A stretch of 63,922 nucleotides of DNA, filler included, from Tricharina praecox (taxonomy: Eukaryota): NCBI RefSeq assembly GCF_024521635.1. It is 4 parts of 4 records of this genome, joined end to end, with 100 filler letters (N's around TTAATTAATTAA, not from the genome) between each part and the next. Parts side by side here need not be neighbours in the genome. Positions count along the whole stretch, not along the records: positions 1 to 20,344 come from NW_026250477.1; 3 more parts are not named here. One strand, given 5' to 3'. The position numbers and the translations under genes are program-made. This document shows positions 1-12,382 of the stretch, in pieces; position 1 is the stretch's first letter, and every line of letters begins with the position of its first letter. The notes below the pieces were generated by a model, which saw nothing but the letters and a program-made list of their open reading frames with translations, was not told where the DNA came from and did no database searches.

Positions 1-3000
1 GTGTCTGGGATGTCCAATTCGTAGGCGTGAGTTCCGATTGTCCCAATCACGCGGGAGGGACTATGGTGTTTGTTTTCCAGCTTGCGACTAGGTTTCTCAG
101 TGCGCCGGTTTCGACCATCCACCCATACCATGTTGCCTGGTTAAAAGGCTGGCGCAGGGGTTCGGTGTCAGTCGGAGGTGTCCTGTTGCCGTGCCTGGGC
201 ATACTGCGTCCGGCTGCGGGCGGCGTCGCCGGATTTGATGCAACTGTTCCGCTGCACTCCGAGCTTGATGTTCCTCCTTGGTGTGAACACGGATATCCAG
301 ATCAAAGTCACACCGTTTGTGGTTTCCTAGGTTAGTAAAGAATGGGGGCAGGGTAGCAGTGTCGGAGATCTGGTTGTTGCCGGCGTATTCGGCCAAGAAC
401 AGGTAGTAGACTCAGTCATCCCTGAGGTAGCTGACGTACGCACGGAGGTGCTGTCTCATGCCGGTGTTCATCTGTTCGGTTTGTCCGTCAGTCTCGGGGT
501 GGAAGGTAGTCGAGAGGCGTGCGTCGATATGGAGGCATGAGCATAGGTGTTTCCAGAATCTCGAGGCAAACTGGGGACCCCTATCCGAGAGGATGGTTTC
601 TGGCAACCCTTAGTACGAGCTAAACCGATCGCAAATCAGGTCTGGCAGTCCTATTGAGGTGCTGGTCGTTGTACAGGGCAGGAGATGTCTTTGCTTGGTC
701 AGTCAGTCAACAAAAAAACATATGGCATCAAACACCTTTGAGGCCGGTAGGCCACTGATAGAGTTGACTGAGATGTGTTGCCATGGCTTCACGGGTACTG
801 GAAGGGGACGCAGGACACCATACGGTGCTTGCCGGGTGGCCTTGGTTCGCCGGCAGGTGTGGCACTTTCGGACAAACCGGTCAACTTCCTTTCGCATCTG
901 TCGCCAGTAGTACCTCTGAGCAAGTAGTTCCAGGGTTTTCGCGCGCCCCGGGTGCACCATGGTTGGTGGACCCTGGTGGTCCTGGATCAGTCGTAGTCGG
1001 AGTCGCTCGTACTCTGGAACATAGTCGCAGTCTCAGTAGATCAGTTGCCCGTGGATTTAGCGGCATTCGCCCAAGCAGATTTCCTTCGGGTGGCGTGTAC
1101 CATTTCGGGGTAGCTCGAGGATTCGATCAGGGACGGAGTTTATGCCGTAAGCATCTGTTATCAGTGGTGTGAGGATGGGACGGTCTTGTTTGGGTGTGTT
1201 GGTTGCTGCCAACTGGAGCTCTTCCGGTAAGTTGTCTGGTTTCAGGACTGCCTGCTGGTTGGCGAGCAGTCTTTCATTCCCTTCTTTAAAGAGGTTTCCT
1301 GACCTCCTGGTCAGTGCATCCGGTTTTCCTCCAGCTTTGCCTGGTCGGTAGACAATCTTGAAATGGAAACGGGACAGGAACTCTGACCATTGAGCATGTC
1401 TTTGGTTGGGTAGTCTCTTTGTCATGAAATACTCCAGCTTCTGGTGGCCGCTGATGACTTGGATGGGGTGAGGAGCGCCCTCCAGTTGTGGTTTCCACTC
1501 TTCGAAGGCAGGGGTGATTGCAAGGAGTTCTTTGTCGTAGATCTCGTAGTTGCATTCTGCCAGGGAGTGTTTGTCGATATAAAACGCCACCGGGTGCAGG
1601 ATTCCCTCACCGTCCTACTGGGATCAAACTCCTGCAGAGACGTAGTTGGAGGCGTCGGTTTCCACTACTATCTCCCGGCCGTAGTCGAAGTGCCGGAGGA
1701 TCGGGGCTGAGGTGAATGCTGTTTTCAGTTCATCGAATGCTTTTAGCTATTGCTGTCCCCACACACAGGGAACATACTTTCCATTCTCCTTCTTGGTCAA
1801 GGCTGTCAATAGGGATATCACCTTGAAATAGTCTTGGATGAATCGCCAGTAGAAGTTCGCAGTCCCAGAAAGCATTGCACAGCGGTGACGGTACTCGGCT
1901 CCTCCCATTCCAGTATGCAGGAGACTTTCGCTGGGTCCATCTTGATCCCGTTTGTTGTAATGATCAGTCCCAAATACTTGACTTGCGCTTGGTGGAAATG
2001 ACATTTTTCGGGCTTGAGATGTAGACCGGCTGCTGATAAGGCCTGAAGTACTTTGCTCACATGTTTGCAGTGTTCATCTAAGGATCCGCTGTAAATGAAG
2101 ACGTCATCGATGAATGCGGTACAGAAGTCGTCGAGGAACGGGCGTAGCACATTGTTGATCAGAGCTTGGAAGCCAGCAGGGGCGTTGGTAAGACCGAAGG
2201 GCATGACGAGGGATTCGAAGAGCCCACAGCGTGTCCGGAAGGCAGTTTTCCACTCTTCTCCTTCCGCCATCTGTACAAGGTTGTAGGCACCGCGGATATT
2301 CAGGGTGGCAAAGTATTTCGACCTGGATAGCTGCAACAGAGTTTCTTGGAGGAGTGGGTGTGGGTACCTGTTCTTGATTGTTCCTTGGTTCAGGCCCCTG
2401 TAATCCACACACAGGCGTAGGGAGCCATGCGATTTCTTGACAAACAGGATTGGCGATGCTGCTGGAGAGGAAGATGAACGGATGAAACCTTTGCTGAGGT
2501 TGTCGTCAAGCCATTCCTTCAGTGCGACAAGCTCCGTTTTCGAAAGTGAGTACAGTGGTCTGTATGGGGGCGTAAATCCCTCCTTGAGTGGAATCTTATG
2601 GTCGTAGTGTCGGTTCGGGGGCAAGTTCTGAGCTAGGGCTTCAGAGAACAGCGGTAGGAATCCGTGGTATTCGTGAGGGATATGTGCCGTGGGGTCCTTG
2701 TTTCCTTCCAGTGCGCCGTTGACCTCGGCAAGCGTGGTGTAGAAAATCGTGAGGCTTTCCTTGTTGACCAGTTCTTGGAATGACTTCATCTGTAAGGCTG
2801 AGATTCTGACTGTGCTTTCCCTTGCAAGGTTAGTGCATTCTTGGTGATTCTTCCTTGGGGGAGACGTAATGCAGCGGGCCACGATGCCGCCAGCCACCAC
2901 GCTTACCGCTGGCTCTTCCAGACGTGCTTTTGACGCGGAAGCATAGGTAGATACGTCAGGCGGTTCTGTGGTGATTCCATGTGCAACTGTGGGCACTGCA

Positions 3001-3530
3001 TTGCAGTTGGCTCTGCAGTATTAAGAGCTGAAGGTGAGGGTTCGGAAGCCAAACCGGATGGCCACATCGTGGAGGTGCATCCAGAGGATTCCGAGTACAA
3101 CGGGGCGGTGGCATAGTTTGGTGACAAACATAGGCATTCCTTCGTGGTGTACCTGTATGGACAGGGTTTTGGTGGCAACATGTGTGATGACGCCTGACTC
3201 GATGGGAGGGCTATTGATGACTTCGAGGATGCGCGGGGATCTCAGGGGTAAGAAGGGTATGTGGTGATGGCGAACGAAGTCTTTGTCCACAAATGCAATA
3301 CCAGTTGCCCCACAGTCGATCTGCGCATGCGTGGCAATGGTTTTGTCACCAAACGACAGGTTCCACAATACAACAAGATGTTTTCCTTCCATTGATGATT
3401 CCTCCATAACCAATCCTGACACTGAAAGACTGGACAAACGGAAAATAGGGAACATAGGTGACAAAGACTTATCCTGGGTACAACCAACAACAGTGCCATC
3501 AAGAGTTGATGGTCTGGGCTTTTCCTGACT
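1..3530 (-). pseudogene. pol: pol (PR-RT-RH-IN) of copy A, multiple stops and frameshifts
   Basis: ORF pieces 3021-3755, 1818-2996, 1057-1590, 703-960, 412-606 and 97-396 carry the domains in gypsy order. Confidence 0.92.
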
Positions 3531-3603
3531 GCTGGCAGGTTTTGCCGCGATCCTGGTCACAGTTGTGGTACGTGTGAGCAGGGGTGGTGTTGGTGGGCTC
3601 GGC

Positions 3604-4710
3604 TTACTCCAGATGGGCAACGGCTGCTCGGAACAGATTTCGGTTCTTGTTGGGGCAATGCCTGGCCATGTGGCCAATTCCCCCACAGTACAGACAGCAG
3701 CCTTCGCGGAGCCGGGCGGCACGCTCTTGGTCTGAGATCCTGCAGCTGTTGACACTCAAGTCCAAGGCTCCGGGGGCCGTTCCTGTGGCAGTGGTCGCCG
3801 CGTGCATGGTGTTCTGGGTGGTGTGCCTGAGTGACGCCGTGGGGTGTGGGGCGCTACTCTGCCGAGGGGAGTTGGTGGTGCGGCGTCCCTCACAGAGTTG
3901 GAGGGCACGCAGCTTGGAGTCGAGGCGTTGACAAAGGGCCACAAATTCATTGTAGTTGAAGCCCTGAGTGCAGCCCACCAGTTGCCAGTGGAGTTCGATG
4001 GATACTCCTTTGCGTAGCCCGTCAAGTTTCGCATGCTCATCCCAATTGAGCTGGGAGACAAGTATCTGCAATTCCGCAAAGTATGAGGTGAACTCCTTAC
4101 TGCCTTGTTCCAGATGGTGCAGCTTCCCTCGAGCTGTACCCGCTGGTCCGGGGTCACCAAACGCGTTGTTCAAGAGTGTGATGTTGGCATCAGCGTCAGT
4201 GAGGGTGATATTGGGGTTTTCGATGTACGGCAGAATCTGGGCTTGGGCGCGGCCTTCCAAGCGGTTGAAGGCAAAGGCCACTCGGAATGCTGGAGTGGGG
4301 AAACGGGCTGGGTCGCTGTATAGCTTGAGTCGAAGTTGCGCAACGAACCCTTCCAGTTTCTCGCGTGTTCCGTTGAACATGGAGAGCTCTGGGACACGCT
4401 CAGTACGGCTTTGAGGTTGGATTTTGACGTTGGCGAGCCGGTTGGCGATGCGGCGGGCGTCAGCAAGTTTTTCTTCAAGGGCGTCAAAACGCTAGGATGT
4501 CACTGCAATTGGGGACAGGGTGACTGCGCGGGCCAGGATTCTGAATACGTTGTACAACCCCATCAGGGTTGCATCATCGGCAGGTGCGCGGTGATTGACG
4601 TAGATTTTGAGTTGTTCGTAGATAGCGGTGGGAATTTCTCGATAGAAGGGCAGTGCCACCAGTACTTCCTCCTGCTGAGGGACGTCGGAGACCTGAGAGT
4701 TGGTGGCCAT
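3604..4710 (-). pseudogene. gag: gag of copy A, interrupted
   Basis: ORFs 4492-4710 and 3604-4380 align with the intact 398-aa Gag at 18228-19424. Confidence 0.9.
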
Positions 4711-4740
4711 GGTAGTTCGCTAGGTGGAGAGATAGGGGAC

Positions 4741-5430
4741 TGTGAGACTGGAACAAGTTGGCGTCGTCGGAGTCTATGGTAATATCGAGTGAAAAATAAA
4801 AGTCAGGGATTTCGATATGTCACAATGGAATAGTCTTAAGGGTGTTTCTTCGATGGTTTGTTCGGTGCGATGATTGTAGTTTGGTGAGGTTGCCCACTCG
4901 GTTCGGCCTATAGTCGTCCCGATCCTCAGCACGTGATTCCTCTAGAGTGCGGCCTAACGTAGCTCTGTTGCTTCCTTTGCATTGGTATTCTGTGGCCTAG
5001 CCTTGAGTCGTCGTCAGCTCTCTTCAGATAGTCTTCTCGACTAGGCAGGTGGTAAACACCACGCGCCCAAGATGGATCGGAGTTTCCGAGCAATTATCTC
5101 CCTCATGCACCGGCAGAGTTCTTCGCTCTAAGTTCTCTGCCCCCATAGATCGATGTTCGATTCTCTCGTCATAACAGTTTTTCCCTGGATTGGAGTTCCT
5201 ACTGCGGGGCCCTATGAACGGAGATCTCAAAGTCCTCTGAACTGTTATCCCGTTCACCCGCATCTCCGATCACTGTCTAGTCTCTGGAATCCGTTCGCTT
5301 CCTCCTTCCTATCTTGTCCTTGATCGCTTCTAACTATTCTTTCAGCTCGCAACTCTATTCTAATCACCCGAACTATCCAATCACATCTCTTGCGACCGTC
5401 GTGTCCTCCGATACCTATCGGGGTGTCACA
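4741..5430 (-). repeat. 3' LTR of copy B (690 bp)
   Basis: Starts TGTGAGAC, ends GTGTCACA; direct repeat of 11233-11809; abuts the PPT. Confidence 0.93.
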
Positions 5431-5444
5431 CCATCTCCCCTCCC
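5431..5444 (-). promoter_or_regulatory. Polypurine tract of copy B
   Basis: Minus strand reads GGGAGGGGAGATGG immediately before the 3' LTR; the same motif is at 14391-14405. Confidence 0.85.
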
Positions 5445-5522
5445 ACGAGGCTTTGGCCCAAAGCACCGAAGTCCTCGCCTTTATCCTAACCTGATAACTG
5501 TGGATGAAGTCCTCCATCCCCT

Positions 5523-8500
5523 TCATCCTACTACCTGCCCGAGTTCGAGAAATCCACATGGGAAAAAACTCTTACTCATCTGTGAGCCGGTAGTCCCTCG
5601 GCGCATCGGCATTCTTGCGTAGTTAAGCCATTTCACGAGATAGAGCACTCGTCGACCTTTCTTCGAGCTGCCCATAATTTCATCAACGTCGTATTCTCCG
5701 TTGCCTTCCACATCATCGGCCTCTCGCAAGATCTGAGAGGGATCCGGTGGTGCTCAGGTGCCGGCTCGGAATGGTTCAACGAGCGAGACGGGAAAGACGT
5801 TATGAATCTTCCACTTCCTTGGCAGAGTGAGCTTGACAGCGAGCGGCGATACGGTCTTCTCGATTCAGAAGGGACGATGGTTCTTGTGGTCCAACTTCCG
5901 CGACGTTCAGCGGGTTTGAATGTTCCGCCCGTTAAGCATTACCAAGTCTCCTACTTGATAAGCGGATGCCTCCTGACGGTGTTGGTCTGCATACTTGCGC
6001 ATTCGTTCGCACGTTCGTTCAAGGGCCTTAATGTTGTTTTCATGGACTGTATGCATCCAGTGACCGTAGACCTTGCTGGCGGGGTTGAGAGAATATGCCG
6101 CAGCAGGGTTTGTCGCCGAAGGGTGGTATCCGAAATTTGCATAGAAGGGCGACATTCTAGTTGCCGATGTAACCGAGTTGTTGTAGGCAAACTCAGCCAT
6201 CGGTAGGAGATTCACCCAATCATTCTGCTCGTAGTTGACGAAGCAGCGGAGGTAGGCTTCGATCGTCTGGTTAAGGCGTTCTGTTTGTCCATCCGTCTGT
6301 GGGTGGAACGCTGTTGACATCCGGGGCTTAATGCCCAGCAGCCAAATGAATTCTTTCCATGTACCCGAGTTAGACTGTGAGTCTCGGTCCAACACTATGT
6401 CTGCCGGTAATTCGTGAAAGCGCCATATCTCGCGGGCAAAGATCTTCGCGAGATCCTCGGCTGTCTTTCCATCGTTAGTTAGGGGGATGAAATGCGCCAT
6501 CTTGGTGAAGCGGTCGACGACCACCCATAGCTGGTCGCATTTGTTGGATTCTGGTAGGTCGGTAATGAAGTCCACGGCTATTGATTGCCATGGGGTGTAT
6601 GGTAACTCAAGGGGATTGAGGAGTCCATACGGCTGGTGCCTTGTTGCTTTGTCCTTCTGACACTGCGCGCAACTCCGGACGAAGTCTATAATCTGCTCGT
6701 CCATCTTTAGCCACCAGAAATTGCGCCGGATAAGTTCAATCGTCTTGTCCTGGCCCATATGCCCCGCGGCTTTCGTATCGACTTCTGACTCGAGGATGTG
6801 TCTGACGAGTTCCTTGTCGTCTGGTACCCATAGCCTTTCTTTCCTATACAGGCACCCCTCTTCCATCCTCAAAATCCTGGCCTTTCGACCCATCCTGCCG
6901 GAGTCCCTACTCCTGGCGGCCAGTTCCCAGGCCTTTCGGCCCTCCAACTCAGTGCCCTTCTGAGCCGCGTCCTCGTTCGTGTTTTTGATGCTACTTAGAG
7001 CCTCCTGATACCCAGCATCTTCCTTTCCTGCCTTCCTGACCCAACCTAGAAATTCTTCATTCCACTTTGGTACGGGGATTGATTGTAGCCGAGGTGACGA
7101 GACCAGGAACAGGTGCTCTTGCCTACGGTGCTGATGGATGATATTCTCGAATCGGCGCCTGCAAAGTGTGATATATGCAGGATCATCGTAATCGGCTGAT
7201 CTTCACCCCCCCCTTTTTCAGGGCGGTACTCCGGATGCCTGGATAATGCGTCAGGCTTGCCGTTCTGGCTGCCAGGCCGGTAGTAGATTTTGAAGTCGAT
7301 GCCAGCGAGTTCTTGTGCCCATCTCGCCTGCCGTGGATTGAGTATTCTCGTGGTTGTGAAGTACTCAAGGTTCTGGTGGTCGCTGTAAACCTGGATCTGG
7401 TGTTTTGCACCCTCGAGGTATTGCCGCCTGCGTTTGAAAGAGTCTACTATCGCGAGTAGTTCCTTATCGTGAATCTCGAAGTTGATTTCGGCTGGGGTTA
7501 ACTTTCATGAGTGGAATGCAACCGGGTGTAACTTCCCATCCTCTGCCCTTTGAGACAGGACCGCGCCCGCCGCGGAGTCTGAAGCGCCGGATTCAACCAC
7601 GACAGGTAATTCTTGGTTGAAGTGCCCGAGAATCGGTGCCATGGTGAACCTGGACTTCAGCTCCTCGAAGGCCAGTTCCATGTCCCCTGTCCATCTCCAA
7701 TTTTTCCCTTTTTCTTTTGTGCTCTCGGTCAAGGGTCTCGTGATCTTTGAGAAATCCTTGATGAATCGCCTGTAGAAATTGGCGAACCCAAGGTAGGCTT
7801 GTACTTCCTTCAGGGACCGCGGCGCCTCCCACGAGAGCACAGATTCCACCTTGTCCTTAGCCATCTCAATTCCATCTTGGGATATCACGTATCCTAGGAA
7901 CTCGACTCTCCCTGTCGACCAGACACACTTCTCTGGTGAGATTGCCAACTTATTTTCTTCCAACCTCTTTAGTACCTCGATGACTATCTTGTCATGCTCC
8001 TCGTGCGTATTAGCATAGATGACGAGGTCATCGATGTATGCGGCCAGTCCCAGGTCCAACATATCCCGAAACATGTGGTTAATCATGTCCTGAAACGTCG
8101 TTTGAGCGTTTGTCAGCCCAAACGGCATGACCAAAAACTCGAATAGTCCGTATCGACAGCGGAAAGCCGTCTTCCACTCGTCACCTTCCTTGATGCGGAT
8201 AAGGTGATAGCCATTCTTCAGATCAATCTTGGTGAAGACTTTCGCACCCCTGACTCGGTCTTGCAACTCTGCCATGATCGGGAGTGGGAAGCGATTGACT
8301 ACGGTAATCTTGTTGATACCGCGCTAATCGACACACAATTGCAGACCCCTGCCGTGCGCCTCTGGTACAAATAATATCGGTGCCCCGGCTGGTGATTTGG
8401 ATCTTCGAATCTTGCCTGTCTGGAGCATCTCCTTTTGCCACTCCCTGAGGGCCTCAAGTTCTTTCTCTGACAGCGCATAGATAGGGCCCCATGGAGAAGT

Positions 8501-9097
8501 CCATCCTTCTTTGAAATCGATTGCATGGTCGTAGGACTTGTGGTCAGGACGCTTATCGGCTGCTTCCTTGCTCATGATGTTGGCATATCGTCTGAACTTC
8601 GCAGGAAGCAGATTGATGGGTGAATCTGATTCCGGGCCAGCTGAGACGTATCCGATAATGCGAGCATCCGGATTGTGAACAACAGAAGTGTCTAGTTTCA
8701 TCAGAAAGCTGGTCGCTTGATGCAGGGTACATTGTTCCTTGCATCGGGCACTGGTGAAGCAGATTTTCTGTGCTTCATTCGCGCAGAACCCTGCCGGTTC
8801 ATGCGTAGCCATCCACCAGTACGGGTGGTAGGCATCGCAGTTGTCCCAGGGAGCCACTTCAAAGGTTTCGTTGGTGTAGTGTCTCCGGTGTTGACAGAGC
8901 ATCAGCATTGTATAATACTCCCCGGCTGCTTCCACTATGGTTCCGTGGAAGTCCTTGATTTCCACCGGCTTGGGCCGTTGAATGAAGGGCAACCCAAGTC
9001 CTCGTGCAAGGCTACGTTTGATGATTGGAATGACACATCCTGTGTCGAGGAGTACTTGGATGCGCCGTCGCTTGTGCTCAGACCAGATGAGCATCAT
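5523..9097 (-). pseudogene. pol: pol of copy B with C-terminal chromodomain, interrupted
   Basis: LLDTGC protease, RT (KIDLKNGYH, YIDD), RNase H, integrase (GHMGQDKT...CAQC, VDFITDLP, HPQTDGQTE), chromodomain (EYDVDEIMGS...YLVKWLNY). Confidence 0.93.
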
Positions 9098-9299
9098 TTC
9101 TATGATGGATCGTGGTCCGCTAACTGGTTTTGGGGGCTCACACCCTGAGGCGCTGGGCGCGGTTGGACTCGTAGGAATAGGTTGGTCCGTCCGTCTTCCC
9201 TTATCTCTGGATTGGCTGTCGATATCCTGAGGCCGTGGTCTCTTCGTTCCGCAAATATATACACCTGGCCGAGCAGTCTGCGGAGTGCTGGGGCCGTTC

Positions 9300-11194
9300 C
9301 AAAATCCTCCAGCCCGCTCTCATTCCTCTCCCCCGAATGGAGGGGCCTCCGTCATTGCTTCATCCTACACCACAACCGCCGCAGCCTTGTGTTGCTTGGA
9401 GCTCGGTCGAGTGGGTTCGGCATCCTGGGTGTCCCGCTTTCTCTTTGTCACGGACGACACCTTTGGACTCTCGGGGAGCTCGGTACCCGCGGCTGTTTTC
9501 CTGGCGTAGCATTGGAAGGTTCGGTGGCCATCTCGTCCCCAACGCCAACAGTCGCATTTGGATGCTTTGTGGGCATCGATCTCATTCTGAGGAACCCCTA
9601 CCAGAGCCTCCTTTGCTACCGCGTAGATGTCCCCTTCCCGTGTCCTTCCCTTCCTGACTCCTGTTGCTTCCTTGGCCTTTCGGCCCTCCAGTGACTCCAC
9701 GCCTTCCTTGCGGGCCCCAGGGTCTCTGCCCTTTCCTTGGCCCTGCCGGCCGTTGCCAGGTCCCTTCCAGTCGCCGCCGGAACGCTGGCTACCCGATCCC
9801 CCTTTCCTCATTGCCCTTGCTTTCGTCAGCGCGTCCTGCCGTTCCACATGGTTGCCAGCCCTGAGCACCGTTTCCAGAAAGTCCGCATCGTCTTCGTAGG
9901 GTTCGGTGTGCTGGTTGAAGCACATGTCGACGGTGTCAGTGGTCATGGCCTGGTTGACTATGTCTTGTAGCGGTTCGCCGGTGGCGCGAGCGATCGTGTT
10001 GAGCGATCGGAAGGAGGTCATGTAAGCCTGGATGTCTCCTTTGTATTTGAGGGCCCACATCCTTCTTAATGTGTTTGCTCCTTCCTGCGTGTCGCGGTAC
10101 GCCTCCTTGAGTGCCTCTTGGTACGCCTGCCAGGTATCTTCCAAGTGTAGCTGCCTCAGGCTTTTTCGACGGGCCTGATGCCATTCTGCCGCTGTTCCTT
10201 CCAATCGGGATCCCACCCACGCTATCTTCTGCTGGTCGTTTGTCTCTGGGTGTTACTCAAGATATTCTTCGACTGAGTCCCACCATGGACGGTAGGCTGT
10301 CCTTTGCTTGCCATCGAACGGCTTGGCCTCTTTCATTTTAAGCTTGATGGCCCTCGGGTTCGATGCGAAGACGGCAGCAGCGATGATCCGAGCGAAGCGA
10401 CTCTCTTCGTCTTCGTCGTCTTCTCTTGGTAGCGGAGTGTTTCGGTGACGGGGCGGCGAACAACGTGGCAAGGGGATAGAATCGTCATCATGATCTTTCT
10501 GCCCCCGATCCTCCTCTTGGTGTGGTGTTTACCCACTCTGGGTCCTTTTCCTTCGCCTTTCCTGTCCTTACCTCTGCAGCCTTCAATCTTTTCTCCGCTC
10601 GAGCATTTTTTTCCTTGATTCGCTGTTGCTCTTGGTAAAGGTATTCTCCCTTCTCTTCCTGTTTCCCCGCCCAAATTTCACGTTGCGGTTGTACACCGCT
10701 TGCTCCCTGCGTTGTTCGACTTGCGCCATTTCGAGGAACACGATGGCGTTGTGTAGCCGAGCGTTTGCCACGCTTTGCAGCTCGCGGTTGTCTTCGTCTT
10801 TCTGGTTGCGTTCTCGAATGACTGCCCATACGTCGCTGCTCAGGGCGGGCGCCGCGTTCGCTACCGTTGACAGCTCGGTTCGAAGCCATTCTGTATGCAT
10901 TTTGGCATTGTTAGCGTAGAGGTTGTACACATACTTGACCCCATCGCAGAGATGTTCGTAGTTCCTTCTAATCTCCCGCATTCGGGAGTCCTCTTCGTTG
11001 AACTTCTGATTGCATGCGTGGTAAAGTTGGCGCAGGTCTCTTTGTGCCGTTTGGTATTGGTGGTTCATCAGCCTGAGCCAGGCTGCCGGGTTTCGTACTT
11101 CGACGGTTTCGGGTGGTTGCGGGATGCTAACCAGCGCATGTCTCCGGATCTGAGGAAGTTCAAAGCGGAGCATGTCGAGGTTTGAGCAGGACAT
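9300..11194 (-). pseudogene. gag: gag of copy B, interrupted
   Basis: ORFs 10583-11194, 10253-10471 and 9365-10216: coiled-coil N-terminus, retrotransposon gag-like core (PFDGK...LEGTAAEW), mutated knuckle CWRWGRDGHRTFQC. Confidence 0.8.
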
Positions 11195-11232
11195 TTCAAT
11201 AGAAATCGGTGACTGTAACCTTAAGATTATAG

Positions 11233-11809
11233 TGTGAGACTGGAACCAGTTTGTGTCGTGGGATTCTATGGTGATATCGAGTGTAGAATAAAAGTCAGGA
11301 TTTCAGTAACTCACAACCGAAAGATCTTAAGGGTGTTTCTTTGATGGTTTGTTCGGTGCGATGATTGTAGTTTTTGGTTCGGTTGCCCGCTTGGTCCGGC
11401 TTATAGCCGTCCCGATCCACAGCACGTGATTCCTCTAGAGTGCGGCCTAACGTAGCTCATTTGCTTCCTTTGCATCGCAGTTCCGCGGCCTAGCCTCGAG
11501 TCGTCGTCAGCTCTCTTCGGATAGTCTTCTCGACTAGGCAGGTGGTAAACACCACGCGCCCAAGATAGATCGGAGTTTCCGAGCAATTATCTCCCTCATG
11601 CGCCAGCGTTCTTCGCTCAAAGTTCTCTGCCCCCATCGGTCAATGTTCGATTCTCTCGTCGCAACTGTTTTTCCCTGGATCGCAGTTCCTACTGCGGGGC
11701 CCTATGAACGGAGATGTCAAAGTCCTCTGGACTGTTATACCGATCTCCCGCATCTCTAATCACATCTCTTGCAACCGTCGTGACCTCCGAAACCTATCGG
11801 GTTGTCACA
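11233..11809 (-). repeat. 5' LTR of copy B (577 bp; about 110 bp shorter than the 3' LTR)
   Basis: TGTGAGAC...TTGTCACA; homologous to 4741-5430. Confidence 0.93.
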
Positions 11810-11823
11810 GGGACGCAACAAAG

Positions 11824-12382
11824 TGTAACGGCACGGTCGGGCAAGGCTCCTGGTAGCGAAGTAATGCGGGGGATAGGGTGGTGGGTTTGGCAGGGGCAAG
11901 ACGGGTTCGGAGGACCAGGCAAGGCAGGGCTCAGTGCAGACGGCAACTGAGAACACAGGCAGGGACAAGAACTACTGCGCAGACGGCAGCCGACGCAAGG
12001 ACAGACGTAACAGTTGTTGTATTAACAAGTTCTTACGTGAAGAACTAAATACAGAGGGGCAACGGCCCGTTTATATAGAAAATCCTCCACTTCTTCCAGC
12101 AACCTGACAATGACCGTGGGCGTGTGCCAGACCATGAGAAATCCACCTTGCCAGTACTCCGCTTCCGTGACTCATACCCTGCGCAGCTGCACTACCCCTG
12201 CTTCCTGCACACAGCCCCAATCCCCTGCGACTCATTACTGCGCTATCCCTGCTCCCTTCACACCGCCCCCAACTCTCTGCGACTCATCCTTGCACTGCCT
12301 GTGCACTGCCTGTGCACTGCCTCCCAACTCTCCCGATCCTTGCGCCGACCCTCCCTTCGTCATTCCGTCGCGAGCCGTGACA
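11824..12382 (-). repeat. 5' LTR of family I copy A
   Basis: TGTAACGGC...GCCGTGACA termini; homologous to 19464-20011; preceded on the plus strand by the same leader/PBS sequence. Confidence 0.93.

Larger units (their letters stand above)
1..4740 (-). mobile_element. Ty3/gypsy LTR retrotransposon, family I, copy A: internal gag-pol region, degenerate; 3' end lies left of the window; continues at 11810-12382
   Basis: Gag with CCHC-like knuckle (CLYCGGIGHMARHC), protease (IDCGATG), RT (LCVDYRGLN...FIDD), RNase H (NYEIYDKELLAI), integrase HHCC and core ([18 protein letters not shown]). Several stops and frameshifts. Colinear with copy C. Confidence 0.96.
4741..11809 (-). mobile_element. Full-length chromovirus-type Ty3/gypsy element, family II, copy B, inserted into copy A
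   Basis: Two TG...CA LTRs, 5-bp TSD GGGAC (4736-4740 and 11810-11814), PPT, and gag-PR-RT-RH-IN-chromodomain order. Removing it restores the family I leader seen at 19422-19470. Confidence 0.97.
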
